64,000 bases of DNA from Eledone cirrhosa (GCA_964016885.1 OZ024740.1:282472001-282536000), one strand, 5' to 3'; numbered from the stretch's first letter, positions 15,526-29,451 are shown. Numbers and translations: made by a program. Notes: generated by a model not told the origin, from the letters alone.

Positions 15526-15752
15526 TTAGGTCAGAGTAGTGTTTTGGCTGTCATTCTTGGATAAAATGACGAAAGCATTTCCGCGGACAATAACCAGCAA
15601 CACACGCTGCAACAGCCTCCCCAGCTCGCAGGGTTCTTTCCGTAGACGGGCTGCTATCGATCCGATTTGGCGGAGTTGGTCAGCTGTCTGGGGTCCGAAC
15701 TCGCCTGAGGTCTCGATAGCAGGCGGTGCAAAGAGGAAGCGGCCGGACAAAC
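15526..15752 (-). mobile_element. CRE-like non-LTR retrotransposon 3' end (restriction-like endonuclease C-terminus)
   Basis: F.P.AIETSG.FGP.....L..IG..........E...LLQR....IVRGNA..IL; same family as 27626-28065. Confidence 0.7.
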
Positions 15753-16701
15753 TAAAGAATACTAATTATAATTTAAAACAACAGTCCAATTATTTGAATA
15801 ATTAGCACACACAAAAATTATCCAATGTCGTATACTTAAGAAATTAATAATTAAAATGGTAATTCTATTTTATTTTTGTTGCTTATATTTGATTATTCTC
15901 TCAGCGGAGGTGATTCCAGTATAGTATTAATTCCAGACACGTAATAGTCTCGGTAATTTTTTAAGTCATTTATAAGAAATTTTGGTAGTGCTGTGTCGTC
16001 ATTGGGCTAGTCAGTGTTGTGCATTAAAGTATCGTAGTTGATACAGTATTATTTCTAAGCTAAGCGAAAGCTATACCTTCTGATACTATGTAGGGTGACA
16101 GAAAATTTGGTTTCAAGCTGTGGAAACCAGCGAGCTGAGATGTTACACCAGAAGGAAATAACTCTGACCATACAGTTTAACGAAATCTGGTGTAACTGAT
16201 GTTATCGTAGCAATTATCGTAAATATCATAGCTATTATGGTAAAAAAAAGCTATTCATTGAGAGATCAAGTGTTAAAAGACTGAAATGTTGAATGACCTT
16301 GGAAACAAATAGATGTACAACCATTTAAATAATTATGATGTACTTGGAAAATGATGTCGCCCAAAACATGCATACACTCACTTGAAAGTTCGCTTCTTGT
16401 TCATACATACACACACAAACTCACTCTCTTACACACACACACACACATATATATATATATTTCAGTGAGATACTGTCGGACCTGAGAATGAGTACTCAAT
16501 AGAGAGATAGAGTTTAAACATTCTTTATTATGGCTATAGGTTGAAACTTGTTACTCTCGCATTTCACCTGTGTGTTCATAGAATCATTAGACAAAAATGT
16601 CTAATATGGCAAAGATCACAATCATAGTCTTGTCTGGTGATCCTTTGAGAACATCGATGAAACTTCAAAGTAACAAGTCTCATAATGCAACCAAAATATT
16701 G

Positions 16702-16798
<97 letters not shown>

Positions 16799-16799
<1 letters not shown>

Positions 16800-17020
16800 G
16801 TAATAATAATAAATTTGAAGACTAAATTCCAAAGAGGGCTCGATAAGGATAAATATATATAAAATATATAAGAACCGTAGAGCAAATATTTATTAAAATA
16901 ACAGATTAAAGTTTAAGCAAAGAATCGCTGCTTTCACCCTTAACAGGATTTTCTGAAGGGTTAAGGGTGAAAGCAGCGATTCTTTGCTTAAACTTTAATC
17001 TGTTATTTTAATAAATATAT
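16799..17020. mobile_element. (TA)n-flanked fold-back repeat, family D
   Basis: ~60 bp perfect inverted arms (16885-16943 vs 16960-17018); pieces recur at 33500-33560, 48530-48572 and 60143-60198. Confidence 0.75.
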
Positions 17021-17029
17021 ATAAATTTG

Positions 17030-17060
<31 letters not shown>

Positions 17061-17108
17061 TGTATGTATGTATGTATGTATGTATGTACGTGTGTGTGTG
17101 TGTGTAGT

Positions 17109-17166
<58 letters not shown>

Positions 17167-17954
17167 ACTCAATATAATAAAGTAAAAATAACCGTTATAA
17201 GCTTTACTTTTCTCTGATAATTATTTTAACCAAGATAAACTTTATGTTTTTTTAATGTTTTCTATGTGTTGCTTCTAACTTTTTGAAGAGGTCATAGCTG
17301 TTGAATTGTGGCTATCACCGAAATATACATCTAAACTATAATAAAATAAGAAGCGCGGGACTGCGTACGGTTTATAATTTTTTATCCTCTTAGTAAAATA
17401 AGTTAGATTACTTTGATTAAATAATGAATGAATAATTTATCTACTAAATTTCGTGGCTGTTCATTAAATATATTTTAGTGCTTATTTAAAGATTAACTTC
17501 TTTAAAATTTTCAAATGTCAACACTTCCGGTGGCGATCGTTTAAATAAATATTCATATATTTCTTTCACTAATTTTCTAATGGAGTTTATATATAATATC
17601 GTATTTTTTTGAAATGTATCATGGATTACGTTACTGATTACATAAGAGAGTGTAACAGTCTTTTTTTCCATTTCTGTGTATATTGTCAATTACGATTTTA
17701 TTTTATGTATCATATCTACATGCATATATACTTGCGTATAATATCAATATACACACTACACACACTAGCAGAAAACCACCCGAAGGTAGTAATGGTAATG
17801 AAAGAAGTAAATTATGAAAAGTTGACTTATACCTCTTGTTTATAAATTTACTCCGGAGTTAACGGACTTCGTTGAGTGCTCTACCCTGCATACTGAAGTG
17901 TTGGCGCTAAATTATATATATATATTGGCAACATGACCCTCCCAAAGTATAACA

Positions 17955-18017
<63 letters not shown>

Positions 18018-18023
<6 letters not shown>

Positions 18024-18614
18024 GTGGTGTTCTGAAATAGCGATATATATATGAATGTATATATAGTGTATTTTGAAATACACTGTATGATTAATTAAAA
18101 GCATTTTGAAGACCATACGCAATTGTTTTAAAGTAGTGACAATGTCACTTACTTCTATTTTCAGCAAATAATGGGAGATAAGCTGACAGAGCTCTGTTTC
18201 GTACTTGTTGGTACTTATCAAAGCTCAGTACTCCTCCTGTCTGCTGAAAATTATGAATGTTGGATTCTTATAGAATTCCAGTAATAATCAGGAACTGATT
18301 ATATACATTCATATATATATCGCTATTTTAGAGCACCAATTCTAATTTTCAATTTCTTCTGGACCGGCGAACGCTCTGTATAATCAGTTCCTGATTATTA
18401 CTGGAATTCTGTAACAATCCAACAATCATAATTTTCAGCAGACAGGAGGAGTGCTGAGTTTTGATAAGTACCAACAAGTACGAAACAGAGCTCTGTCATC
18501 TTATCTCCCCTTGTTTGCTGAAAATAGAAGTAACTGACATTGTCACTACTTTAAAACAATAGCGTAAGGTCTTCAAATGCTTTTAATTAAGCATACAGTG
18601 TATTGCAAAATACA

Positions 18615-18616
<2 letters not shown>
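18018..18616. mobile_element. HHR-bearing non-coding repeat family B, inverted pair
   Basis: Antisense arm with HHR 18179-18227 and sense arm with HHR 18455-18503; flanked by (TA)n. Confidence 0.85.
18179..18227 (-). ncRNA. Type I hammerhead ribozyme, U3-A8 core (family B)
   Basis: UGAGCU-UUGAUAA-GUAC.caacaa.GUAC-GAAAC-AGAGCUCU-GUC-AGCUUA. Confidence 0.8.
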
Positions 18617-18691
<75 letters not shown>

Positions 18692-18834
18692 CGTGAACTT
18701 AATACCAACACTGTTCGTACTGCACTCCTTGTTTTTGTTTTGATCTTTGCAATATATATATATACATTTATATATATTATATGTGTGTGTATGTGTGTGT
18801 GTGTGTATGTATGTGAGTGTGTGTGTATGTGTGT

Positions 18835-18866
<32 letters not shown>

Positions 18867-19029
18867 ACGTTAAGATGTGTGGCTTAGTTGTTAAAGAGTT
18901 GGATTCCCAATTTTTTTAGGTTATGATTTCGATTCCCGGACCGTGCTTCTGCCTCAGAGGGATCTTTCTAGATGAAAAACCCATGGTCATTCCTGATTGA
19001 AAAGGTCTTTTCCCAATATATACATACAT

Positions 19030-19088
<59 letters not shown>

Positions 19089-19092
<4 letters not shown>

Positions 19093-19782
19093 CTAAACTA
19101 CCCGTCCTTTGGTAGGTTCAAGTAGTTTTCGATGTAGCTCATTAAACTAAGGAAAGGAAATTTGAATACATAGAAGAAAAACGTACTTTATGTAAACATG
19201 AAAACCTTAGGAACTATTCCAGCGAAATAATTAATATGTGAGCTCGGTGTCTTTTTTGAAAACAGTAAAAGCGCATCATGAAATAGAGAAGTGAAGTGAA
19301 TAATAGACGCTATTATGTACAAAGCATAGTATTGTAAAAGTTATGACATCACTTAATGTATGAACATCAAGCTCGAAACGATAAATTATACAATGTCAAA
19401 TCTATAACTTAACTTAGTAATCTGTTAGAAATTGCAGGTTGTGAAATATACAAAATGATATTGTTAGTCTCAAGGAAGCGTACCTTTTGTTTTCAAGTAC
19501 AATGAGTAAATTAAAATCCGAATGAGCCGAATTACGAAAGATAACTCTGGTCTTACGAAAATTCACACAAATAACCGAAATTTGTTAATGTCTCTAAAGG
19601 CCTCAATGTCGATTTTTGAAAACCTTTGTAGATCATGTACAGGTTTTGTGCAAGGAGAAGCTCTGTAAAAAATTTCAAAGAAATCGCATGAATGGTTTAG
19701 AATATATGAGCCCTCATTAAAAATTGTCCACAGAGAGAGAGAGAGAGAGAAAACTTCGTCTTTATATCTATATATATACAGA
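19089..19782 (-). mobile_element. Non-autonomous Helitron-like element
   Basis: Minus strand A|TC...CTACC..GGTAG hairpin..CTAA|T, microsatellite near the 5' end; same architecture as 2769-3450. Confidence 0.55.
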
Positions 19783-20516
19783 TAACGCGCAGACTTGTTT
19801 CTTATTCAAACCGAACGAGGTTTTCAGTCATGAATTAGGAATAGATGCGATTAGTATATTATTTGTAATTCTATTGTGAGCATATATCAGTTCAAAGCAA
19901 GGCTGTATCATATCAAAGTGAGATTAAGGATTTCAAAATGAGACCTTACAGCTTAAAAGCGAGAATAATGACTCTAAAATGAGTGTAAAATAAATTTGAC
20001 TGTTATTTTAAATGACTAACAGAGAGCGTGAAATAACATCGTATACATAATTTGTAATGTCAACAAAGTGAAAATTGTCTTATTAATACATTTTCATCAG
20101 TCTAGTAATGCTACAAATAACTCATCATCTGGTTGTACTACTTTCAAGGTTTGGGGTTTTTTTTTCTGGTGTAAATACAACAGTGGCACTGATCCACGAT
20201 CATAACAGACTATGAGTTGATTGTGAACAACATAAGACACTTGTATCTTCTCTGTTTATGTTAATATTTATTTCATTCGTTTTGTCAAGGCGTTACGAAA
20301 ATAATGTTAAAAAAATAAGCAGGTTAACTCTTACATGATTAAGTGTCGCATTTTAACAAAAAGAAAATCCCTTCGCGCTATGTTTATAGAAGGCGCAGAT
20401 ATTTATAAACGAATAGAAAACGAACTATTAGGATTTAGATTGTTTTTTTTTTAATTGGTCTTTTCGTCTTCTTTCGTTCATGATTAAATTTAACTTACTA
20501 TTATTAACTGTAACCA

Positions 20517-20945
20517 GGGCGGTAGATTTGCAGTATCGGTTGAGCGTCGGCGCTTTACAGTCTGAGTTCAAATCACGCCGAGGTTAACTTTGCCTTTCAT
20601 CCTTACGGGTTTGATAAAATAAAGTACCAGTAACCTACTGGGGTCGATTTAATCGACATTCCCTTCCCCCACAATTGCTGGCCTTGTGCCTAAATCAGAA
20701 GCCATTATTAACTGTAACCTGGGCGGTTGATTGACAGTATTAGTAGAGCGTCGGACAACGTGCTTTGCGGCATATATTTACGTCCCTTTACGTTATGAAT
20801 TCAAATCCGAATGAGGTAGGTTGACCTTTCATCCTTAAGAGGTCGATAGAATAATGTATCAATGACGCAATGGAGTCGATTTAATCGATTTTCTAGTTCT
20901 CTTTAAATTGTTGGACTTGTGCCAAAAGTAAAAAACAATTATTAA
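20517..20945 (+). mobile_element. Two tandem tRNA-derived SINEs (family S1)
   Basis: gggcggt..A box..gagttcaaatc B box, ttgcctttcatcctt core (resembles the Deu/Nin SINE domain), (att)n tail; units 20517-20710 and 20721-20945. Confidence 0.85.
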
Positions 20946-21519
20946 TTGTGAAAAATTATTTCTTTCCTTTTCGTTTTACATGCTGGACCTCTCTCACACT
21001 GTCTCCTGCTAGTTCCGCTTGGGCTAGTTACACAATTCTTTCTCTCTACATTCTATACGGTTCTCTTTTTACACATACATCTTTCGAGTTGGATGTATCC
21101 CCACTCTGCCTGCCCTACGCGACTCTGTATCCTCCCTTTAGGGTTGCACTTTCCATATCGAATATCTATTTATACCATGTATAACAACTAGCTGTTTAAT
21201 ATTAGCCTGTCTGTCAATGATTTTATCCAAAGTATTCATTTATATTTTTTTCCGTTCGTTAAACTTACTTGTTTTTCTGTCCCTCTGTGTTCTGTTCGCT
21301 TTTTTATTCTTTCTTGCTTCGTGTTTTGTTTCTTTCGAACGACGTGTATTTTATTTAGACACTAGCCTCGTAGAATTCCATCGATCCGTGAAGTCGACTG
21401 ATGATCGGAAACCTTTATTGTGTCTTCCTCGTCTGTTTCTGTACTGTCCTGTTTTCAACGTGCTTCCTTCTTTTATCTGTTTTGTATCATTTCAAATCAT
21501 TTCATTATATTTGATTTAT

Positions 21520-21667
21520 AATAATGATTTCTGATTTAGGCACAAGGTCACCAATTTGGGGGGAAGGGAGTCGATTAAATCGACACTAGTGCATTATTGG
21601 TGCTTTATTTAACCACCCCTTAAGTATGAAAGGCCAAGCTACCCTCGGCGGGAGTTGAAATCAGAAT
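21520..21667 (-). mobile_element. SINE S1 fragment
   Basis: ggcacaagg..gtcgattaaatcgac..atgaaaggc..cctcggcggg. Confidence 0.7.
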
Positions 21668-22216
21668 GTATGTATGTATGTAAATGTATGTATGTATGTA
21701 AATGTATGTATGTATGTACAGTATGTATGTGTGTGTGTGTGTGTGTATGTATGTATATAAATGTGAAGAGCAAAATATATAACAGTAATTATATATATAT
21801 ATATATAGACACGATATACATTTCCGTGGGTACTTAGTACCTACTGGAATATCTATATCATTTATCTGAATTCTCCTTAATGTTGAGAAAAAAAATGTTG
21901 TATCATGCTGCTATTTCTAGTAACATGAAATATCAACTAGTCTATTATTCCCGCTCTTTCTAACGGCCCATTTGTGTGGTGGTCATTTTAACGGGTTGAT
22001 TCGTTCACCGGGCAGAAAGCAACACATCCACATCTACGTGGATTTATATCTAGTAGGTTTGGAAAAGCTATCTGAAGAGCTATATCTGTACATTGGAAAT
22101 TCTCTGAATTTCCAATCTTTTGATTAGCGAAACCGTCGGTCATGGCACTAGAAGAGGTAAATATTTTAATCGTATTTTAATTTATTTAAAAGATAGTTTA
22201 ATGTTTACTTGATCCG

Positions 22217-22271
<55 letters not shown>

Positions 22272-22837
22272 TGTTGTAGTTTGGAAGTGTCATCCTTCTA
22301 ATAAACGTTTTTATTACCAGTTAACCCTTTGCATTATCGCTTTAGTTACACTTATACTTTATAGCGTGCTAGTATTGATGTACTCCGTGCCCCGTGCTGC
22401 TGGGCTCATGTGTACGTTTTGGTATAAAGCTGACTGTTTATATGTGCTTGTAAGCATGTGTTTGCTAATTTGGTCTTCGTTTTCGACGTTGTTTGTGTTA
22501 ATGTTTATCAGTTCTATCGTGTTTTGTTTTTGACGTGTCATTCGGCTGTGTTATTCTGTCATGCGTGTTGGTATTTAGTACGATATCGGTTGATATGTTT
22601 GTTTCGTTATCGTTGTTACATCACTGTATTATTGCCATCTATACATATCTCTCCACATACACTCATGCATTCATTCATACATACATAACTACCTACCTAC
22701 CTACCTACCTACCTACCTACCTACCTACCTACCTACCTACCTACCTACCTACCTACCTACCTACCTACTTACATACCTACCTACCAACATACATACCTAC
22801 ATACATACAAACATACAAACATAAATACATACATACG

Positions 22838-23150
22838 TGATGGCTGCTCCCTCGTTATCGAGTATGGCCATTGCACGATATACCATTATCAATAATTATT
22901 AATTAATTCTATCGTGAAATTCCTGTGCGTGAAGATTTTTTTTAAAGTGGGGAAAGACTGTGCACTGAGCCAATCCCACTCTCTGAGCGACAGTAGCTAT
23001 AACCCAAAAAGAAGAAAAAATCAACATCATCGGTAACTACTGAGCCGCAGGTTTTATGTTGGTGTTATCCCAGTTTCCTGATTTGCCTTCTCCTACAAGA
23101 ATGCGCTGACAAAGGCGAGGGGTCCTTCACTCCCAGTGGTTTAACAGCGC
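22838..23150 (-). mobile_element. RTE-derived short bipartite element
   Basis: 3' end tggccatactcgataacgagggagcagcc resembles the ends at 30959-30987 and 40827-40854; 5' part taggagaaggcaaatcagga. Confidence 0.5.
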
Positions 23151-23499
23151 GATCAGATATCTAGCCCGACTATTTCTATGTCCCTGCGCATACATACATA
23201 CATACATACATACATACATACATACATACATACATACATACATACATACATACATACATACATACATACATACATACATACATACATACATACATACATT
23301 ACACGTGTGTAAGTGTTCACATATATATGTAGGTATGCGTGTGTGGGAATCAAATGCCATATTGTCTAGTCATACAGTCAGTAGGTGTCGGCGATGCTGC
23401 CTCGCTTCATATCCAGCCAGAATTATCTCACCTCTTTCTGTTCAAACCAGCCGTAACTGGCCACTCTTACTGATGTTAACGTATTGATTTTAAAATAAA

Positions 23500-23700
23500 T
23501 AATTGTTTATACTTTTGGCAAAATGCCAGCAATTATCCTAGTGTATTACTAGTGCTCTATTTAATCGACCCTGTAAAGCAAAGATTTGAAATCAACGGGA
23601 TTTGAACTCGGTGAGATTTGAACTCAGACCGTAAAGGGCCGTAACGCTATGCTGTAAAGCACAGCGTCCGACTCTCTAACGATACAGCCAATCCACCGCT
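23500..23700 (-). mobile_element. SINE S1
   Basis: gatttgaactcagaccgtaaaggg...gccaatccaccgc. Confidence 0.8.
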
Positions 23701-24329
23701 CAAAATAAATAATATCAAAATCTCATAGATTCGATATTATGTGAGATGATTATGTGAGGTAAAGTGTTTACCGTAAAAATACAATAGTAGATGTAGAGTA
23801 ATGTAAATGCTAAAGGGTTAAAGAGAGCTTGGTAGATATGTCATAACCACTGACACATTTCATTCGTCTTACCTGCTCATCCACAATGATAAAAAAAACA
23901 ATCTATGTATGCGTGCCCGCATGGCTTCGGCAAATATAAGTAAAACAATTAAGTATGAAAGTAAACGAACCACAAAATCAAATATTTACTGCAAGGAAAT
24001 ATCCTTTTCGCACCACGGAAACTATCTTGCCTTTTATTTATAAGCAATTCGCTCAACTGCACGCTACTAACATACAAGCTAAAGACTAGCTGAAAATTCG
24101 AAAATCAGTACGGGTTCGAATATCATCGAAGGTGCTGTGCAAAAAAATTGTAATCATGTCTCTGCTTAATACTGGAATATAACCAATTTTTGCTTGATTA
24201 AATTGGGTGTGGTGGAGGGATTACGATTTTTCAAAGAATAAACGGCGTTCATCTGCTATAACGCCTAAACCCCTTCTGCTCATCAGGAAGCAGATATTTT
24301 CACTCCTTATGTATGTGTATACATTTCTT

Positions 24330-24436
24330 CGTCTAATATTCCCGCTCAACCGGGACATGGAAACGATGCATCAGCATTTGCGGAAGACGTCAGCGTGATG
24401 GTGTTGAACATCTCGGAAATTTAGGTAGTCGGTAAA
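24330..24436 (+). mobile_element. Tx1/L1 RT fragment (catalytic-motif region), continued at 26307-26667
   Basis: Translates SAFAEDVSVMV...VVGK, a decayed YADD motif. Confidence 0.6.
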
Positions 24437-24439
24437 TTA

Positions 24440-26303
24440 CACCGTGTAACATATTTTTTGTTCCCCGGTTCTAAGTGTCATTTCATGGTTTGTTATATCC
24501 CATTATTATTGCAGCAAAGAGTTACGGCTCTTTATGGTCTGAAGTCAAATCCCGCCGAGGTTAACTTTGCCTTTCATGCTTACGGGGTCGATAAAATAAA
24601 GTACCAGTAATACACTGGGATAATTGCTGGCCTTGTGCCAAAAGTAGAAACAATTATTATAAAAAAAACACTATTATTTAATCAGAAGTTTGGGTTTGTG
24701 GTCAGGGGTTTGATATTTCGAAATTTTCATATTTTTCAAGAAAAAACACATTTTTTTTAGATTTATCAGTTCATATAATTAAATCAACAGAGTATATATT
24801 TATTTTATTACACAAACTTATCAAAAGCAAACAAGTAAAAACAAATAACACTTATAAAGCAACTTATACACGTCAGAAATGACTGGATTTCCTGGATTTG
24901 CGGTTGTAGTCGAGGTCGCATTCCCGCACTAGCCCCCAGATATAGTCCCCCATCATATTTTCATTGTAGTGGCCCTGGTACCTCTGCTTTATCTCTTTCA
25001 CATCTTGGTGGAATCGTTCGCCTTGTTCTTCTGAGTAGGCGCCCATATTGTCCTTGAATTTTTCCAGGGGAGCGTCCAGCATATGGAGTTTAAGCGACAT
25101 CCTGCATCCCATGGCGCCAAAAGGCTTTATCAGATCCTGCACCAGTAGCTGGTAGTTCTCAGCTCTGTAGTTGCCCAGGAAGCCCTTAACTCCCTTGAAA
25201 CAGTTCCATGCTGTTCTCTCAATCCTATTGAGCTTATTGGAGAACTCGGTAGACTCAAACACCTTCTTTATCTGATGTCCAACAAAAATTCCATCTTTGA
25301 TTTTGGCCTCAGATAACTTGGGGAAGAACTCAAGAAGGTACTTCAAAGCGGCTGATTCTTGGTTGAGAGTCTTCACAAACTGCTTCATCAACCCCAACTT
25401 AATGTGCAGTGGCGGCATAAGCACAATCCTGGGATCAACCAGTGGCTCCCACATGACATTCCGGGTTCCAACTACAAATTCTGTTCGTTGCACCCAGTTC
25501 TTTCTTTTGTAGTGGTCAGAGGTGGCTCTGCTGTCCCAAAGGCAGAGGAAGCATTGGAATTTGATAAAGCCCCCTTGGAGTCCGAGCATGAAAGCCACCA
25601 TCTTGAAGTCTCCAATGATTTCCCAATTGTACTGGTTTTATTGCACACTGTAGTAATCTTCCTTGAGGCAGACTTAATGAGCTAGGGGCAGTGTCGGGAA
25701 CTTGTTTCCATTGTGGAGGAGGACAGCCTTCAAACTTGTGGTGGAGCTGTCTATAAATAGCCGCCACTCCTTGGGCACAAACGGCACCCCAATAACGTCA
25801 AACAGTCCAGGCACGTCATGGCAGAAACAGAGGCCATCCCTAAGAGTGTAAAAGCCTGAGAAAGGTTCGTGTCGACTTCTCTGACTTGTTACACTTCCTC
25901 CTTGACCAAGTTCCACTGCTTCATCCTGGAGACGAATGTTTAAAACACAACTTACCCCTTATTCAGGGTTCGAAAATCCAGTATCAATAAATCTCTTTAA
26001 TCCACTTTTTAACAATTTTATACTTTATTGCACTTTTATAATTTTCTTTAGGTATTACTCTTTATTTTTTATAATTTTAATTTAACCTGAAACATATAAA
26101 AAAAATCATTTAATATAGGCAAATTAAACTTACATACCACGTAAAATCCAGCATACAAATAATTCTAGTGAATAGCTCAGAATTTTTACAAACCCAAACT
26201 TTTAACTGTTTAATAGCACTTTTTTTTTATTTGGGACCTAAGCAACACAAAAAAGTGATTACAAGCCAGGAACAGAGAAAGAATTTGTTTTTGTTATATT
26301 GTG
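24440..26303 (-). mobile_element. Chapaev3-type (CMC) DNA transposon, internally deleted, with transposase remnant at 24873-25930
   Basis: WRLFIDSS..SLKAVLLHNGN, LGLQGG..K..CFLCLWDSR, PPLHIKLGLMKQFVK, SEEQGERFHQD motifs; CAC...GTG termini with 3 bp TTA duplication (24437-24439, 26304-26306); SINE inserted at ~24505-24660. Confidence 0.75.
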
Positions 26304-26306
26304 TTA

Positions 26307-26667
26307 TTAGAGGGATAGTAAAAGTTGTCGGGGGGCAAAGATCAGTCCGGAAAAGTGTGTGTGTTTGCAGCTCGGCACGTGGAGAGGCAAAACAATGCCG
26401 TTCAACAGCATCGTCAGACACTGGAAAGACGGAAAGGTGAATTTTCTCGGGGTCTGGTTTGAGCTAGGCCTTCAGGTGGATAAGAACTGGGACGAGGCAA
26501 GAAACAGGGTGGCTACTCTTACCCAGAAATGAGCTGAGAGAAAGCTAACCGTAAAAGGCCAGTGAGAGCTGACGGACGCGTACATTGCCTCCGTCATCTG
26601 TTACCCCGTGACCGTCATGTCTTGCTCCTGTTTGCGCCTCACCAATTTAGAACGCCTGCTCTTCATT
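26307..26667 (+). mobile_element. Tx1/L1 LINE fragment (continuation of 24330-24436)
   Basis: GAKISPEK...QLGTWRGK...FLGVWF....QVDKNWDE; homologous to 4730-4945. Confidence 0.75.
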
Positions 26668-26886
26668 TAAAGGTACCTATTTTCCATCAGTTGAAGATGT
26701 AAAAAAAGCTGCTTTTACATGGTTTAAATCGCATGACCTTCAGTTTTACACAGATGGACTTAAATGCTGGAATCAGCACTTGCAGAAGTGTATTGGCCTA
26801 GATGGAGCATATGTTGAAAAATAGACATCATAACGTAAACCGTTTTTTCCAACAGTCCTTTTTCCACGAATTTTTTAAGCCCCCTC

Positions 26887-26887
<1 letters not shown>
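26668..26887 (+). mobile_element. mariner transposon 3' end
   Basis: FPSVEDVKKA...WF......FY.DGL..W...LQKCI.LDG.YVEK* followed by TIR ...gccccctcg|TA. Confidence 0.8.
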
Positions 26888-26936
<49 letters not shown>

Positions 26937-27062
26937 GTGAGGTTTTTTTACAATATGAAAAAAAAAACCGAGGTCTCCTACACGAGTGCAAGTATAAGGA
27001 AAAAAGATGAAATCGAAAATGCAACTGGGGTTTTATTTTTTTTAAATATATTTATTTGGTTC

Positions 27063-27098
27063 CTTTACCGGTTTCGCAGTATTTGTGCTTTTCAAAAG
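27063..27098 (-). ncRNA. Minimal type I hammerhead, U3-A8 core (family J), in fold-back 26994-27205
   Basis: CUU-UUGAAAA-GCA.caaauac.UGC-GAAAC-CG-GUA-AAG; inverted partner at 27104-27136. Confidence 0.65.
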
Positions 27099-27208
27099 TA
27101 GAATTGAAAAGCACAAGAACTGCGAAACTGGTAAAGGAACCAAATAAATATATTTTTTTAAAATAAGACTCCAGTTGCATTTTCGATTTCATCTTTGTTC
27201 CTTATATA

Positions 27209-27625
27209 CGAGGTGGGTCAGAAAAGTTCCAGGACTGATGTCACAAAAGATTTATTTCAAACCCAAACTTCACACTAAGAGTTTTCTCCTTCAAAGTAAT
27301 CCTTCTGGAGTCTAAAGCACTTTTCCATCCTTTTCTGCCACGCTTGCATTCACTCCTGGAAGGATTCTTCCGGGATCCTCCGCAGTTCCGTCGTCACGGC
27401 CTTTTTGATGTCGTCCACGTCTTCAAAACGGGTCGTACTCGAAGATCCATGACTCATCACTGGTGATGACTGTCCCTAGCAAGTCTGGTTCGTTTTCAAG
27501 ACGCTCGAGGATGTCCTGGCACACTTGCATGCGTCGACCCTTCCGGTCATCGTTCAGCAGTTTTGACACCATCTTCGCTCAGACTTTCCACATGTCCAAA
27601 TCTTCAGTGAGAATCTTCCAGACGC
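27209..27625 (-). mobile_element. mariner transposon, internally deleted
   Basis: AKMVSKLL...VCQDIL......LL..VITSDESWIFEYD joined to RFEDVDDIKKAVT..L..IPE..FQ....W.KR..KC......YFEG; TIR TA|CGAGGTGGGTCAGAAAAGTTCC. Confidence 0.85.
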
Positions 27626-28065
27626 TGTCCCAGCGACACCTGCTGCAATAGCTACCCCACCCAGTGATCCTCCTTCCTCAGACGGGCCACCGACATTCCG
27701 ATCTTGCGGGGTCCAAGTACGCCTGAGGTCTCGATGGCGACTGGTGCGAAGAGGAGCAGCCGGACAAGCCCCGGTATTTGTTTATCTTCCTTTCCTTTGC
27801 ATTGCGGGTCACAGTACCGGGGTTTGTGGCTGAAGCAATTAAGTTGGAGGCGGAGAAAGCGTCACAACATGTGGCGTTCCAGATGAGGGATCTACCTTTT
27901 TCGAATGGGAAGAGGGTGATTGAATCAGGGTGCTTGCAGTTTGCGAGGTCAAGGTCTACTGGCTCCAGTTGTGATGGGAAGCCAGCTCCATCTAGGCTCC
28001 TCAATATGTCGTTGAGAGCGGGATGTCGGGGTAAACGAGCTGCGCTCTGGCGGCAAGACAGTGGG
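27626..28065 (-). mobile_element. CRE-like non-LTR retrotransposon fragment (zinc knuckle plus PD-(D/E)xK-type endonuclease)
   Basis: H.LSC......RH..LNDI..R.L...G.P..LEP........PD.ITL.PF..G..L.WN.TC.D. Confidence 0.75.
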
Positions 28066-28529
28066 TGCAAGCCGAATATGACAACGACTACAATTATACA
28101 TACAATCAATACAGATATTTTAGCTGTACATTAAGGTTAATAATTTCTAAATTATAGTTAATTGTTGAAATTATTTCATGCAAACATTCCGATATTTAAT
28201 TACTCACATGTAAATTTTCATTAGCTGCATCGGAAAAGCCGGTTGACAATATTGTGTTAAGGTCACTGTGCTTTTTCCACTCTTGCTATGTGATACTTTT
28301 GTGCTAACGCTATTTTAATGCAACGCTTCTCTAGCATACAATTGCATTTATATTGTCTGAGCACATGAACGCTTTCAAATCAAACATCCAAATTGTAGTT
28401 TAGCATTCGGGCAGACTGAATGTAGGTTTACGCACATGCTTATATGCTTCTTATGTTTTTAAATTGTTATGTAGTTATGCATATGACAACCCAGTTTCCT
28501 CATTCGTTTATGTAATTATGAATATATGC

Positions 28530-29019
28530 CAGTGATTCACATCGTGGAGCGCACGCCACACATGGGGGTAATTTGAATATAATGGGGGGGGGGGGGATTT
28601 AAAAGTGATATAATACGACCACACTTCCAGTAAGACTTCCTCTACACATGTTATCGTGTATCTGGTAGCCCCTACTAGCAGTTTGTTTACAATTTGGATT
28701 TGATTTTGATCGACACTGCATCGTATGTCACAGATCGCTCTCGTACGTCAAGCAAGAATGTTGAATGAGACTTGTTCTCTTATGCAAAGTATTATCATTT
28801 ACAAACTGTAGTTATTTCTTCTGTAGTTAAGTTGAACTTAAATTCGAAGAAAAAATTGTTTCCCTAATTTTTAGCTTTGTTTAATTAAAGGATTTCTACT
28901 TTATATTACAGTAATTACACTTTTACAAAACTCAGTTTGTTTTTATATCAAAGGGGGGGACATAAACATTTTTTAGATGTCAAGGTAGGACATGGAGTAA
29001 AAATGGTTGGGAACCACTG
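28530..29019. mobile_element. hAT-type MITE
   Basis: CAGTGATTCAC ... GGTTGGGAACCACTG termini with a perfect 8 bp TSD ATATATGC (28522-28529, 29020-29027). Confidence 0.85.
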
Positions 29020-29397
29020 ATATATGCCCTGGTATCTATGAGCATGGGAATCAGTGGGCATGCGTTTCCAGCCGCGTGAGCACACGCTCGATTGTTACAC
29101 TCACCTCCATCCACTGTGCCATCCTCATCGCCTCTAACAACAGCGTATGCTTGTGCTTGTGTATGTGTATGTGTAACGATGTATGCATTTGTATGCTTGA
29201 ATTGTTATCTATATATATACACACATATGTAAATTATATATTTATATATATAGAATAGAAATAGGATTTAGCTTCAGGCATAGCTGTATACAGATATGTA
29301 TAGAAATTTCGTATGTCTAAAGAAACACGGTATGTTTATATATAATATTTAGAAAGCCGTAGCTATGCAAAAAACACCGGGGCTGTCGCCCTCTGGT

Positions 29398-29451
<54 letters not shown>

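Larger units (their letters stand above)
22325..23817. mobile_element. piggyBac-type non-autonomous element with nested repeats
   Basis: TTAA|CCCTTTGCATT ... AATGCTAAAGGG|TTAA termini. Confidence 0.5.

Noticed and set aside
17283-17335. UUGAAGA-GGU..ACC-GAAA-UAUAC-AUC hammerhead-like string
   Set aside because: Helix II is plausible, but helix I does not pair and 3-8 is U.G; at best a dead remnant
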